Below are positions 1-12,721 of a stretch of DNA of 64,000 nt, piece by piece. The stretch's first letter is position 1; each line of letters begins with the position of its first letter. The stretch covers positions 250,874-314,873 of the forward strand of contig JAAOMT010000684.1 of NCBI GenBank assembly GCA_016748015.1, given 5' to 3'. The notes below the pieces were generated by a model. That model saw only the letters and a program-made list of their open reading frames with translations. It ran no database searches and was not told where the DNA came from. Position numbers and translations under genes: made by a program. Source of the stretch: Geosiphon pyriformis uo1. Taxonomy: Eukaryota > Fungi > Glomeromycota.

Positions 1-2
1 TT

Positions 3-152
3 GCGAATTTTGGGGCTGTTAAAAGTGTTCCTCCAAAAGATCTCATTCACAAATTTGCCACGTCTTATTCGCCAACTGCACTTCTGACTATTCAAAGAGC
101 TCTTTATCAGCAAGCTAGAAGAATTTTTTGCGAATATATGAAAAAACTTTGA
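3..152 (+). CDS. Probable 3' end of a gene entering from the left (ANFGAVKSVPPKDLIHKF...CEYMKKL*)
   Basis: Open frame from the window edge to TGA at 150-152, with coding-like GC content followed by AT-rich sequence; no family recognised. Confidence 0.35.
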   Translation, partial: ANFGAVKSVPPKDLIHKFATSYSPTALLTIQRALYQQARRIFCEYMKKL

Positions 153-320
153 ATTTAAGGATAAGTGAAAGAATTAGATCTCCTGTAGAAATTTATAAAA
201 AATTATGACTATAAAACCGGATTTTTAATTTTAATAAAATTAATAATAATATGCTATTTTTGAGATTTAAGAAAATTATTAAACAATTTATTTGGGTCTT
301 ATTCTCAAAATATTAACATA

Positions 321-1060
321 CAGTCCTGGTGGGAAACTAGTGACGGACATCTTTTTGGATTACAAAACTTTTTTTATATACAAACCAGTGAAAGTTTTAT
401 TATTCAAAATACCTTAATACCAAAGAAAATTTAGATATCACGTTTATGATTTATTTCTTTTTGTTACATAGTAATGAATATGGCAGATAAACGATTGTGT
501 TCAATAATAATCTAAATGTGTTGAATTTTTTCCCACAAATCTTGCTATGAACTTGCTTAGGTAGAGATTTAACCTCAATATTATCCTGCTGGAATACCCA
601 CTGATGTCCATGTTTCCTGGTCGCATTGTGATAAAGGCAGTTGTTTAGTATCTCACGATAAATATGACGGTTGGAATTCTTCGTGAATACATGAAAACCA
701 ATTTTGCGGCGTGAAGCTTGACCATTGATGTTATAAGTTGTCCATACCAAAGAGGTTTTTCAAAAAATCTGTGAAATTGTCTTGTCGGAGAATATAAACC
801 TTTTATTTCAGTTGTAGTGGCAGTGTATCCAAGCCTTGAAAGCTCGTCTCGGATAGTTTGTTGGCTGCTTCGAAGCCTGGATGCGTTTTTTCGAGCTGTT
901 CTTTGATTTCAGCTACCATAACGAAATGATTTCCGTGCATGATTTTCCTAATCGTGGGACATTTGCTTGTGTGGGTGGCCAGGACGATGAATATTCATAA
1001 TTTGGCCGTTCTTGCGAAGGAAGGCGATTTCGATGACTGTGGCAGGAATAAATAAAAGAT
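321..1060 (-). mobile_element. Degenerate, internally deleted Tc1/mariner transposon relic
   Basis: Left end reads TA|CAGT (Tc1-type terminus). Minus-strand frames give HRPGHPHK, VAEIKEQLEK..QTIRDELSRLGY, FIFSD (first catalytic D region) and WVFQQDN (second D), with frameshifts and stops. The matching TIR was not found. Confidence 0.8.
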
Positions 1061-2455
1061 TGTGCAACATTAGTGGTAAACAAGATTTAACCTTTTTTCA
1101 AATTATGAATTAAAAGTAACAGGAATAAACAAGAATAATATTAAACCTTGTTTACAACGTTATCAAAAAATACCATTATTCATGAAAAAATAATAGATAA
1201 ATGTGAAATAGTTTATAACAGCATAGCAACAATTGTATATTATTTAAATTAAATAATCAATATAAAACTTGAATATATATTTTATTTTTTAAATATATAT
1301 TTACACATAATATTAATCTGTAATTTTGTGTTTTTAAGATGCATTTTTTTAAAATGATTCAAGATGAAACATAATTATAAAATGATTTTGAATGATTTTT
1401 TCAAAAGAAAAAAGTTGGAAAAGAAAGTTATTTTATATATTATTGTGTTATATTGTATTTTACTTTGAATTTTTTTAAATCCCAGCTTATTGTATTATTT
1501 CATACCCAACTATATAGAAACTTTTTGTTTGGTTATTTAAATCCCTAAATATCAAAACCAAAGAGTGGCTGATAATTTTTTTACTTTTCTAAACCTGATA
1601 AATTCTCACAATACTTTACTATATTAATCCAAATCCAAAAGATCGATCGTGAAAATATATCAATATCGGGATCCACAACTACCTTCCGATGCAATTATTC
1701 AACAAGGACACAGAGATTTAGTTCAAAACCTCGATTTCTTTTGATCTATTTGGAAGGTATCAATAATCTAACCTATCAAATTAAGATAAAATTATATGAG
1801 AAATTAAGTAATTTTGATAGGTGAATTTATTTAATTAATCGTGTTCAATTTTTATATTGAAACGTCATCTTCAATAAAAAAATGCCCTTCAGAGTGTTAT
1901 TGACTATAGCTCTATGCTTGGACTCGCTTGATTCTTGTCTTTGAAATGAATAATTTTTAGTTGTTGATGTTTCAGCAGGAAAATAGTTTTCCTAGTACAA
2001 AAAGTGATCAGATCGAATGGATGGAAATTAGAAATTTAAATGAATTCTATTCTAAGCTGAGAGAAGATTGTGAAACATCAATTAAACTTTTGACAAAAAA
2101 TAATTATTATAGCTTTCTTGAAGGAAAATGTCGCGAAAAGCTTTGAGTGATTACTATTATTTAACCAAAACAGTCTGTGGCATTGAAACGGAGCAGTTTA
2201 TTTGGAAAACGAATGCATTAACAGTATGGGTGTTCGCGTAATCTTTCTTGTTCCTGTTTGATTTAGCTTTATTTCGCTGCTTTCATTCTAATTTTTTATA
2301 CCTTTCCTTGAGAAATTCCAGACTTGGCAATAGTACCGTCTAGTGAGACATGTAGTACAGTAAGTGATCGGCACCTAGATTTGCTCAAACAGTTGAAAGC
2401 ATAACAAATAAGAAAGGTGACCGTTTTCTAGAATACCAATTGCCCAATTCTTTTT

Positions 2456-3583
2456 ATGCTCTCACGGCTGAACATGGAATACGAAAATCTTTTTCGCCAT
2501 AAACCGAACTCTGTAGTTGACCAACTCTTGGATATATTCAATACTTCGAATGATAGGTCAGAAGATGACGAAATTATAGTGGAAAGAGTCAAATACTGGC
2601 TGGACATTAACGCACATACCCCAGTGAAGCTCTTTGAACTCGTTTATCAACAACGTCACAACTTGAAATATGCCTCACTTTTAGCATTCCTATATGACTA
2701 TGGAATCGGAACGGCAATAAACAAGCAAGAAACTTTCTACTGGTACAAAATAAAGGCTGAGAAATGTGATGACCCTCTTTCACAGAACCAAATTGGATGT
2801 TGTTACAGCCAAGGAACTGGAATCCCGAGAGACAGGCAAATGGCATTTCATTGGTTTCACAAGTCAGCGGATAATGATTACGCTTGTGGCCAAAAAAATC
2901 TCGGCTACTATTATTCAACGGGATTCGCATATCCAATAGAAAAGGCTTTCTATTGGTTTAGGAAATCTGCTCAAAAAGGCTATACACCTGGCCAGTTTTC
3001 ACTCGCCACCTGTTACTTAATGGGTTACGGGATTGAGATAAACCAAAAGAAGGCAGCTTATTGGTTTAGACTTGCGGCTTTGGCCGGTAACGCCATGGCT
3101 CAACTTGATTATGGGAATTGTTATCTCGCAGGAAATGGGGTTCCTAAAAATGAAAAAATGGCTTTTCATTGGTACAGAAAATGTGCACTTTCTGGAAATC
3201 CAATTGGCCAATATTTCCTAGGAGATTGTTTTATGGGTGGAATAGGGACAAAAAAAAACAAAACTTTGGGTCATAAATGGTATTTAAAAGCCTCAGCAGG
3301 TGGTAATATTGAGGCCAAAAATTCTCTTGGCTCCAATTATCAATTCGGAAATGGGGTGCGAAAAAATCTATTGAAAGCGTTTAAATTTTTTAAGATGTCA
3401 GTGGATGTTGATGAGGATGGAAATAAAACTGGACAAAATGAAATGGGTAATTGTTATAATTATGGTTGGGGAACTGAGCAAGATTTTCATTCTGCAATTA
3501 GATGGTATAGGAAGGCTCTCAAGAATAAGGATGCTGTGAGCTATGAGAAATTAGCGGGATTGTTAAATACTGTTGATGTTTAA
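2456..3583 (+). CDS. Sel1-like repeat (SLR) protein, about 8 repeats, no kinase domain
   Basis: Intronless 375-aa ORF with repeated (Q/N)xxLG(x)CYxxGxG...AFxWxxKxA units. Confidence 0.92.
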   Translation: MLSRLNMEYENLFRHKPNSVVDQLLDIFNTSNDRSEDDEIIVERVKYWLDINAHTPVKLFELVYQQRHNLKYASLLAFLYDYGIGTAINKQETFYWYKIKAEKCDDPLSQNQIGCCYSQGTGIPRDRQMAFHWFHKSADNDYACGQKNLGYYYSTGFAYPIEKAFYWFRKSAQKGYTPGQFSLATCYLMGYGIEINQKKAAYWFRLAALAGNAMAQLDYGNCYLAGNGVPKNEKMAFHWYRKCALSGNPIGQYFLGDCFMGGIGTKKNKTLGHKWYLKASAGGNIEAKNSLGSNYQFGNGVRKNLLKAFKFFKMSVDVDEDGNKTGQNEMGNCYNYGWGTEQDFHSAIRWYRKALKNKDAVSYEKLAGLLNTVDV

Positions 3584-4033
3584 ATAAACCTTGAGTTTGT
3601 AAACATACAGGTTTTAAAGGTAGGTGTCTTTTAATTTTGATCCTTGTCCAAGATTTTTTAGATGCGTTAATTAATTGAAATTTTATAATTCATACAGAAC
3701 TTTAAAGCTCACTTTATTAGGTAAAAAAGTCAAGGCGAGCAAAATTTTAACAAAATTCAATGCCCTTACAAATTCGAACTTTGTAGAATCTTTCAACTAC
3801 CTTTAACTTTCTCTATCATATTTATGATTATCTGTACCCTCTTCTATCTTGACTTTTCTAATTTTGAATTTTCAATCATCTTATGCTGCTGGAAAATGTG
3901 ACATTAGCATCTCATTTCAAATTTATATAATTTTTTGGTAAAAGTCAGCTGAGATTAAATTATGCCAATATAGAATCCGGAGAAAAACGATTAGAATGTA
4001 AAACTTATTCGAAGTTTCAGCCGGGAAGCATTT

Positions 4034-5510
4034 TTATTGATGAGAACCATTGTGGGTAATATTACCAAGGATGGTTAAAATGCACATCATAGTTACAGTA
4101 ATGAATGGCGCCAAAACCAGGTAGGAATAAAATAACAAAGTTGCCGCCTCTTCCTGAAATGCACCCGTCACTTGTGCCATGTTCATGATAGTAATTGCAC
4201 TCGGACCACTAGCTTCGAGCATTAAAATAAACCATAGCATTGGATCATTCAAGTACCAAGAACGCAAAAAAACTACCAAAAAAATTCCAATAATTGGCAT
4301 CAAAATGAATCGAAATAACAAGATATACATGATTGAGGGCAAAGATTGACGATTCTTTCTTGGAGTTAAATTGTTAAGTTGTGCACCAAGCATTAACAAA
4401 GTCATGGGAATTGTCATGTCACCTATATATCGTATTGCTCGTGTAAGTGAAGAGAATAAGGGAAAAGATGTGCCAAAAAATAGTTCTTTCAACGGTGGAC
4501 TGATGCCGACGAAAATAGCAATTAATGCGGCGTATAGAGGTGGGTTCAGAAAACCTTGAATTGATTTGATCTTTTCTATAGCTCGTTTCTTGAAACCATT
4601 CTCGTATTTAGACTGTGGATGGTTTAATAAGGTTGTTGTTTCTCTGTAAATTAAATCTTCATTGGGATGGGACGAATTAATTGCATCTGATATTGATGAG
4701 GAATCTCCTTGCTCTTCATGCGTTTGATCTAAATTCCCAACTTGTTTCTCATCTTTCTTCAAAAGCCATGTTCCCAGACTGAAACTATTTCAAGAAAAGA
4801 TGAAATATATTAAAATATATAGCAAATTTTTTATCATAAAACATTTAAAAAAATTCTAAAGTTGAAAAAGGCATACCGCAGAACATTTGCCATCAATGTA
4901 TTTATTAAGGCATAGGAGATTCCACGAGCTACAGCTTCAGGTGGGGTATCTTTTTCTCCCCAAAGCAAAAGTTTAATAGCTTCTGTTGTTGCCAAAGCTT
5001 GAATTAAACCAATAGGACGACTAGTTACATTATTAAAAATTATCCCAGTCGCAATAAATTTGGTTTGAGAAGTTGTGAAGCCAAAGATTTTTCCACCGAT
5101 TAAAGCAGCAATGATACTCAGCGTACAGAATAAAGCAAAGAAGGCTGGGAGAGGCCATAATCGAATCAGAGTTTCTGCATCAATGCTTGCACCCACTTGA
5201 GCGAATAAAAGACATGGCATAAAAAGTTTGACCGTTAATTGGGAAAGGCCCTATTTAAATGACTAAATAAATGATAATTCGTTATATTTGAAAAAGTTAG
5301 CCAAGAAATAGTTGAAAAACAAACCGATTGCACTTTAGAGTTGATTAATCCAATTTTCGCACATAAATATCCTGCGAGACTCACGAACAAAATCAAGGAG
5401 CTTGACTAAGAAAAGAATTTTTAGCAAGAATTAAATTATTTTAAAAAACAACTATTGTCTTGGTAAATAGTTACTTGTACAGATAAAAGTACTAATTTCC
5501 AAAAATCCAT
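4034..5510 (-). CDS. Auxin efflux carrier / PIN-LIKES (Mem_trans) family membrane transporter, 4 exons
   Basis: ATG at 5510 (MDFWKLVLLSVQ). GT-AG introns join GYLCAKIGLI, LFMPCLLF..V, IIFNNVTSRP, ARGISY, NPPLYAALIA, GDMTIPMTLLMLGAQL, RFILMP and GPSA, all characteristic of the family. Confidence 0.88.
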
Positions 5511-5815
5511 TTTGAACGTATTGTTTCATTGCCCGACTTCTCCCAAGCTTATAAAGTAGTTCAATAGTTCACCTTTTTGTGAAATGTGTGATACGCACCA
5601 CTCATGCAAGCAGACGTTATGTTCCATCCCATCTTTTATCAAAGAAGCAAAAGATCGATTGTGATCTTTGTTCGGATCTTCTGCAAGAGTTCAAAAGATT
5701 ACAAAGCTTTTTTGTTGTGTGCGCCTTATGTTAGCTTTTTTAAGAAATAAAGTTAAGCAGTTTTTTACCTAGAAAATCTGTACATTCAAATAGAATTAAC
5801 TTTGTAAATTGCGAG

Positions 5816-8345
5816 ATGGATTTCTTGTCAGTTTTTGGATTTTTCTTATTCTTTATCATTGTATAAAAAGCTAAATAATTTACAAGCTCTGATTGATTTT
5901 GAATACATCTTTAGGGAATTTACGATGCTTATTTTGGACCACTGAATAAAATTCTGGGTCCAATATTACACATTTTAACTCCCATATTTACGACTTTCTT
6001 CATTTTCAAGGGCGAGAGGTATTTTGCTTAGCTATATTTCGATTTTCTTGTGATTCTATTATTGACAGACTAATTTCACTTGCTACAGGTGGAAGTTGAT
6101 TCAAAAAAATTTTATCCTAAATATTGTCCCATCTTTCGCATTGGTAAGTAATATTATATTTTCAAAGCTTGTATTTACTAATTTTCCTTTTCAATCAATT
6201 AAGGCTCGATAATATATGTGGCAGATAGAGAGGCAGCGAAGCAAGTGAGATAATTTTTTATAAACAAATCATCTGCTTGATAATTTATTATAGAGGTAGG
6301 AAACCGGATTATTTTTATTTTAATCACTTTTAAAATAAAAGATTTTGCATCTTAAAAACTCAGAATTTCCCTAAAGCATCACAATATTTGGTCCTTAGAA
6401 GAGATAATAACGCGGAAATTTTATTTACGGCATGTAAGAACAATTTTTGTCCGTTTTTTCTTTAATAGATGGACCCTCTAAATTAAAATTTTATCAAATC
6501 ATAGAAATAAATCATTCCATAAAGAACGAGTTTGTACATATTAGAATACTTAGATTTTTATCGTTCAAAAGGATTTAAAAATAATTTCAAAGCACACGCC
6601 TTCTTTACAGTGTCATCAATTGGCTCCCACCTTTTCAATTAAATACTTGTTCTCTTTGAATTCATTTACCAAAATATGTGTGCGCGATTTGTTTTTCAAG
6701 ATTGATGAAACACTTCATCCTGGTCTTGCATCAATTATTAACATTTTTGATTTAATTTATAACTGCACTTTGATAAGATATTGAGTTCTTTTCTTTCTTT
6801 GTTATCAATCCAAGAATTTGAAGTTTGTATGATCGTCTTTCAAGGATATTATTGGAGAAGTTGCATTTGGAGGCAAGTTTGTTCTTGCGTTGAATGGAAA
6901 TAACCAATTAAAATGGGAATTAAATGACATACTTCACAAGTCTCATCTGGTAAAAAGTTATCACATCATCCCATTTCACGCGTATTTCAAATTGACGCAG
7001 AACGCTGATTTATGATTTACATTTCCAGAGGTCTATCTCATCCATTTTTGTCTGCATTCTCCCCGAAAGGGAATATCTTTACAGCTTAAGAAAATTTTTC
7101 ACTTATTCTACGTTATAATGATTTCTATTTTGACAATACACATTGGATCTATTATTTTAGTTTCACCAAAATCTATTAAAAAGATGTCGCGAAGAAAGAA
7201 TACCAGTGAAAAAAGATATTTTTCAAATAGTTTTGGATACTATATCTGATATCGGATCAAAATTTACTGACTTGGAAGCATTTGATCAAAACTTAGAGTA
7301 ATGTGTAAAACAGTTGTTTCAGCACTTTAATGGTACCCTAGGATTATAATTGGCTAACAAATATTAATGTTATTGTTTGTAATATCACTTAGGATAGCTG
7401 GTAGTGACACGACGGGTTTCAGCATGGCTCTAATTCTTCTGGCCAAGCATCCCGAAAAACTTCAAAAGCTCATCAAAGAATTCGAAACTGTAATTCCCAG
7501 CATAGGACTTGATAATTTACCAGACCAAGAAACACAAAACCAACTGCCCAACTTGAATGCTGTTGTGAATGAGACACTCAGATTATACCCGACTTTGGTT
7601 AGGTTTTGGATAAAATCGTCTTATTATTTGAATAATTGAATTTATTAACCTGCCTTTTGATAACTTTTGAACTGTAGAAAGATGGAAGTAAAACTTGACC
7701 AAGTTCTTTTAAATATCTGCAGAAAAATTATTAGCTCAACCAAATTTCATTTTCCCTAATCAGGAAGCCCTAGAGTCACGAACAAAGATATTATAATAAA
7801 AGATTATTTTATTCCAAAAGAGGTAATGTGATATATCAAATATTTCTTTGATTTTTCTTCATTAAATTATTATTGATTTTTTTCTCTGTAGAAAACAATT
7901 TCTGCTAATGTTTACCAACTTCAAGTCTCTTCTGAATACTGGAGCGAAAATCCATTAGGTTTTTGCCAGAACGTTGGCTAAACCCAGACATTCCGGCCGA
8001 TGCATTTTACTCATTTTCTGCAGGTAAAATTAAATATTTATGTGTATCTTAATTGAAGTTTAATTTAAAACATAAATTCAATAGACATGTTTTTTGCTTA
8101 ACAGATTCGAGGAAATGCCTTGGCAGCGGTAAAATAAAAAAAATCTCAAAATATTTATTTCATATAATAAATTAATATGATTTTTTTTTTCCGTCATAGC
8201 TTTGTGTTGCGTAAATTGTCCAAAGATGTAAATTTGTGGATATTCCTGGACAAGGCTTGGAAATTGTACAAATTGTAGTTTCTAGTTTGGGAGCTAAGAA
8301 ATATGGATTTAATGTAAACTATACCTTAGATAAATTAGTTAAGTA
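5816..8345 (+). pseudogene. Multi-exon cytochrome P450 pseudogene
   Basis: TM start MDFLSVFGFFLFFII, AGSDTT I-helix, ETLR, PERW and a heme motif split by an intron (FSA-D-SRKCLG, with G replaced by D). Apparent frameshifts at about 6105 and 7960, and an apparently lost acceptor AG near 6348. Confidence 0.8.
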
Positions 8346-8744
8346 GTAAATATTTATATAGTATTACAATTAAAATTAGAGCTTTCGCCATAAAGAAAGC
8401 TAGAATAAGAATATGTATCCCAACATGATAACAGACCCGTTTCTCCGTTGTATGGATAATAGTTCGTTCATTTCAAAATTTGTGACACACATGTTAGTAA
8501 TTAGTTCGCATATGAACTTTGTATCATAATTATAAAACGAATCAAAATGCATCCCCAAGAATACCTTTGTAGTTTTAAAATAGAAAACTGAAATCATTGA
8601 ATGCTATAAATATCTGGTATTTTGTAGAGCAACTCAGATTTCTTTAACCTGAGAATTGATTAAAATTTAGAAAATTTTTAATTCTTCATATTTATCATCA
8701 ATAGTAAATCTATTTTCCCAACAAATTAATTAAAAACAAAAATC

Positions 8745-10322
8745 ATGGATATATTCAAATTAGTGAACTTAATATTTATATGCGGATCAATATTTATAAC
8801 TTTAAACTTTAAATTTTGTGAAGGTATTTAACGGCAATATTTTAGAAAATCTAGCTTTTCTCACTCACTATATGACTTCAAATTTCTTTAGCTGGTTTGG
8901 ACGTTGATTTAGTTCAAACTCAAGGGTTACAGTTTTTCAAAAAATTTAATTTAAGTTCACCTGGAATTGCAAAACAAGCAAAATCTTTTCTAGACAATTC
9001 TTCAAATAATGCATTAAAAAATAAAAATCCATATTCCGTGATAAACTCTACTATAAAACCTCCAAACTCTGATACACATGAATATTATTCTTGGGCACCA
9101 TATCAATGGCCGGATTGTACAGGTATAAAAGGTGTTACGGACGAAGCGACTCAATGTCCATATAAGCAGCGAGATGGCGAATATATAACCGATTTGAACA
9201 AACTATCAGATAAAGATGACGTTGGAACAATGGTCAAGGATGTTATAACCTTATCTCTGGCCTATACATTATATGGAGACGAGAAATATGCGGCGAAAGC
9301 GACCCAATTATTGTATGTTTGGTTTTTGAACAATGAAACTGCCATGGTACCACGTGTAGATTTTGGACAAGTAGTGAGAGGCCCAGGAGAATGGAAGGGC
9401 AGATCCGAAGGAATTCTAGATATGCGGGGTTTTGTTAGTAACAAATTATTCTGAAAATGTTTGATTTATATCCGTATATTTTGCTTAAATTTCTTCGCTT
9501 GATATACAGGTTTACATTCCACCAGCAATCGAATTGATAAAAGGTTCTTCGTCTTGGAGCTCAAAGTTAAGTAACGGAATGATAAATTGGTTCACCCAAT
9601 ATTCAGATTGGTTGCAAAATTCGGATTTGGGCAAAGGAGCGCGTAGTGCAAGTAACAATCATGGAACTTTTTACGTGGTACAACTAGCAACATACTTGGA
9701 TTTCATTGGAAAAAAGGATGATGCCAAAAAAGCAATTAACAATTTTTTACAAGGGCAATTTCAAAATCAAATTTCGAAAAGTGGAGAACAACCACTGGAA
9801 AGCCGAAGAACGGTAATGCAATAAAGTTTGATTCAATTTACAGCTAAACTCGCAATAACAAATCTTCAAAAAAAAATATCTAAATAGAGACCATATCATT
9901 ACCAATGCTTTAATTTAATTGCACTGACCTATATCGCTCGTTTATCACAAAGAATAAATGGTCCAAACCTTTGGGAAGCAAAAACTTCCAGCGGTGTTAC
10001 CATTCAAAATGCTGCACATTATATGGCAGTAGAAGCCATGCCCAAAAATAATGATAAAAATGATTGTATGGTCCCACTTTATGCCGCCAGGCTTTATTAT
10101 GGAGATTCAGGTGGGATATTGGGAACTTATTTATCGAAAGTAGTAAAACTCGCTCAAGGTTCAGATTTATCCTGGATGATTTGGGATCCATTAGCATTGA
10201 ATGGTTTGGAGACAACGACAAGTGGTTCTATTTCATCGTTTAGTTACGGCATAGAAAAAACAATTTTTTTATCTCTGACAATTCTAACATTGATAGGGGC
10301 AAATATTTACCTTAACCTTTGA
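8745..10322 (+). CDS. Secreted, probably GPI-anchored polysaccharide lyase of the alginate-lyase (PF05426) type, PL38-like glucuronan/alginate lyase; 4 exons
   Basis: Signal-peptide exon 8745-8823, then exons from 8892, 9510 and about 9887 join in frame. Motifs HEYYSWAPYQWPDC, CPYKQRDG, NNHGTFY and EQPLESRRTRPYHY. Ser/Thr linker followed by a hydrophobic C-terminus. Confidence 0.85.
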
Positions 10323-11140
10323 ATATTGTGCTAAATCCCCTAAATCAAAGTTTTTGAACAATCGAATTTTTCCTCTGCTGCAAAATGTCAATTTGTCATA
10401 ATCAACAGTTGATTCTATATGGAACAATTTAAAAAACCATCTATTAGGAAACAAAAGATTTTAGTCAGTACTTTAAAAAGCCATTCAATTTCAGCGGCCA
10501 ATATTAGAAAATTTCCAAAGGAAATAAAAGTTTCTCATCACATTAAATTTAAAAGCATTGCTTAACTCAGGTCCTTGTAGTTAAAGTTTAATATTAGTTG
10601 CTGCAAGTTTTAAAAATGAGTAGAAACCTTACAAGATAAAAGTTAATAAACTTTTGAGATTCTTTCCCTCTTCAATCAATTACTTATAAAAAATGAAGTT
10701 TAAATTTTTCAAAAATTACTGTCACTTACATTAGCACTGAAATAGGTATTCGAGTATTTATATTTCGGCTTTTCATGTTTAACTATTAAAAAAAGCACGC
10801 TCGGAATGAACTTGGTAAAAAAACTGCGACAGATGTACTCCTAAGGTTCCCAAGAAAATTCTATTTCTTCAATCTAATTACGCTGCCTTTTGTGGGAAAT
10901 AATTTTCCGAATTTGCGATTATTCCACTGCCAATCTGATACATTTTTATAACGTGAATAAAATATTGAGTGTACCTCCCGTAAAATCAATTGGAATAAAC
11001 CAGTTTGCGAATAGCCACTTATTCACCCGAATAGGATAGTCAATTTAACTGAATAATGACTGATATGGACCACAAAATTTATGTTTGCAATCCAGCGGAT
11101 TCATTGACAAATGTCCAAATTTAGATTTAAAATTTTTTTC

Positions 11141-12721
11141 TTATGATTTACAAATGGCCTTAAGCGCACGCATTACATCCACCTCAGCAATTACAAAAGT
11201 TTCCAAGGGACCAGGACTGTGAATCCTGTTCTGTAAGTGTGCGTCGACACCACGATAATCAAATACACGATTATTGTCATAACATAATCTGCATCGGAAT
11301 ACCTTAGCTACCGACAAGACTTTATGCTCGGCAGCGCCTCGCACTGTCCAATAAGGAAGTGGGCGAATACTTTTTTGAACCTCAATAGCTTCACGTCGAA
11401 GTTTAGGAATTAGATAGTAGATCAAAAATTCTTTTTCCCATCCATTACGTGGATCATTATTCACAAACGGAGGGTTTGTGAAAGAAGAACACCAGTCTAT
11501 GCAGTCAAATAAGCAATCAGTCGTGGGAATGACATAGGGTGAAGGCTTAGTCTTTTGAGCTTTCTCTTTCGCTCTTTTTTCGATATGTTTGGGATTTTCA
11601 CAGTCAAGACTACATCCTTCTGCAATTGGTATCAATTCCCATATTTGATGAAGAATGTCATCTTGGCGAATTTTTATTGCGATCTCACTTGCAAGGTTTT
11701 CGTGTTCAAAGCGCAGCCTTTCTTTGAATAAAAGTTGATCTTTTTCTGTGAAAGGCTGATCTAAAAGATCAATTTCTTCTTTGTATGAAGAACATTTTTC
11801 AAGAACATCAGGATCGTAAATCGGTGAACCATCTTCCTTCATTTCGGTCGAGAACCCTTCAAGTATTGATTCTATTCGTTCTTTGCGCCCTTCGATTAGG
11901 TGAACTCTTGCTTCGTCATCAGCAGCAGTTCGCAATTCAACACTTTCCATAAACAGTTGCAGCCTCTCGATTCTCAAATTATCTACTAGGTCAGCAAGAT
12001 ACTCTTTTGGATTTGTTTCATATTTGATAAGTGCTGTTTTAACATCAGTTGTCCAATATCGAGTTTCTTCACCATAAAACCCATTCACAACGATGTAAGG
12101 CAAATGAGCGTAAATATTAAAATGTATTTGGATTTCATCGGTTGAAGAGGCTTCTTCACTCCAAAGTCCAAAGTCACTATGAAATTACATGTATTTTTAA
12201 AGTATTCAATATATAAAAATTCCAACGAAATATATAGCTCAACTTCGAATATACCTTATCGTCATATCAGCTAGACAATCTTTGCAGCACCTTACTTTAA
12301 AAGCCCAATAAACTTTTAAACCAGATTTTCTTTTACGACAAAACTGGCAACCTTTTTCCAACATAGCAAGCTGAATGTAAGCTGGCTCCTCTAAACCTTC
12401 TGGTGGGGGTAATGCTAAGTACGGCCAAAATGCCAATCTAGAGGTACGCCAAATTTGTTGATTCGATTTTAGAATGGCCCTGAATAATTTACATACTTGT
12501 GCCACTATAAAAAGCTCATGAGGTGGAATATTTTTGAAGACATCGATAAATAATTCAGGTGGAATAACATGAGTTATCGCTTGGATCGATTGTCCAGCAG
12601 AGGTTAAAAATAAAGGCATATTGGTTTCTTCTTCAATTTGGGTTGATGGAAATGACATTATTGCGTGGTCATTATCATGAAAATTACTGTGGTCATTTGG
12701 TGTAGATAAAGGAGCTCCCAT
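11141..12721 (-). CDS. F-box protein with Cys-rich middle region and C-terminal C2H2-like finger; 2 exons
   Basis: IPPELFIDVFKNIPPHELFIVAQVCKLFRAIL F-box, CQFC...RCCKDC and FRCRLC...HLQNRIH. Intron 12254-12177 joins the two ORFs in frame. Confidence 0.85.

Noticed and set aside
2607-3211. Antisense ORFs inside real genes (also 4371, 9262, 9997, 25316, 25404, 28769, 30519, 30906, 31479, 32656)
   Set aside because: Shadows of coding sequence with no independent support.
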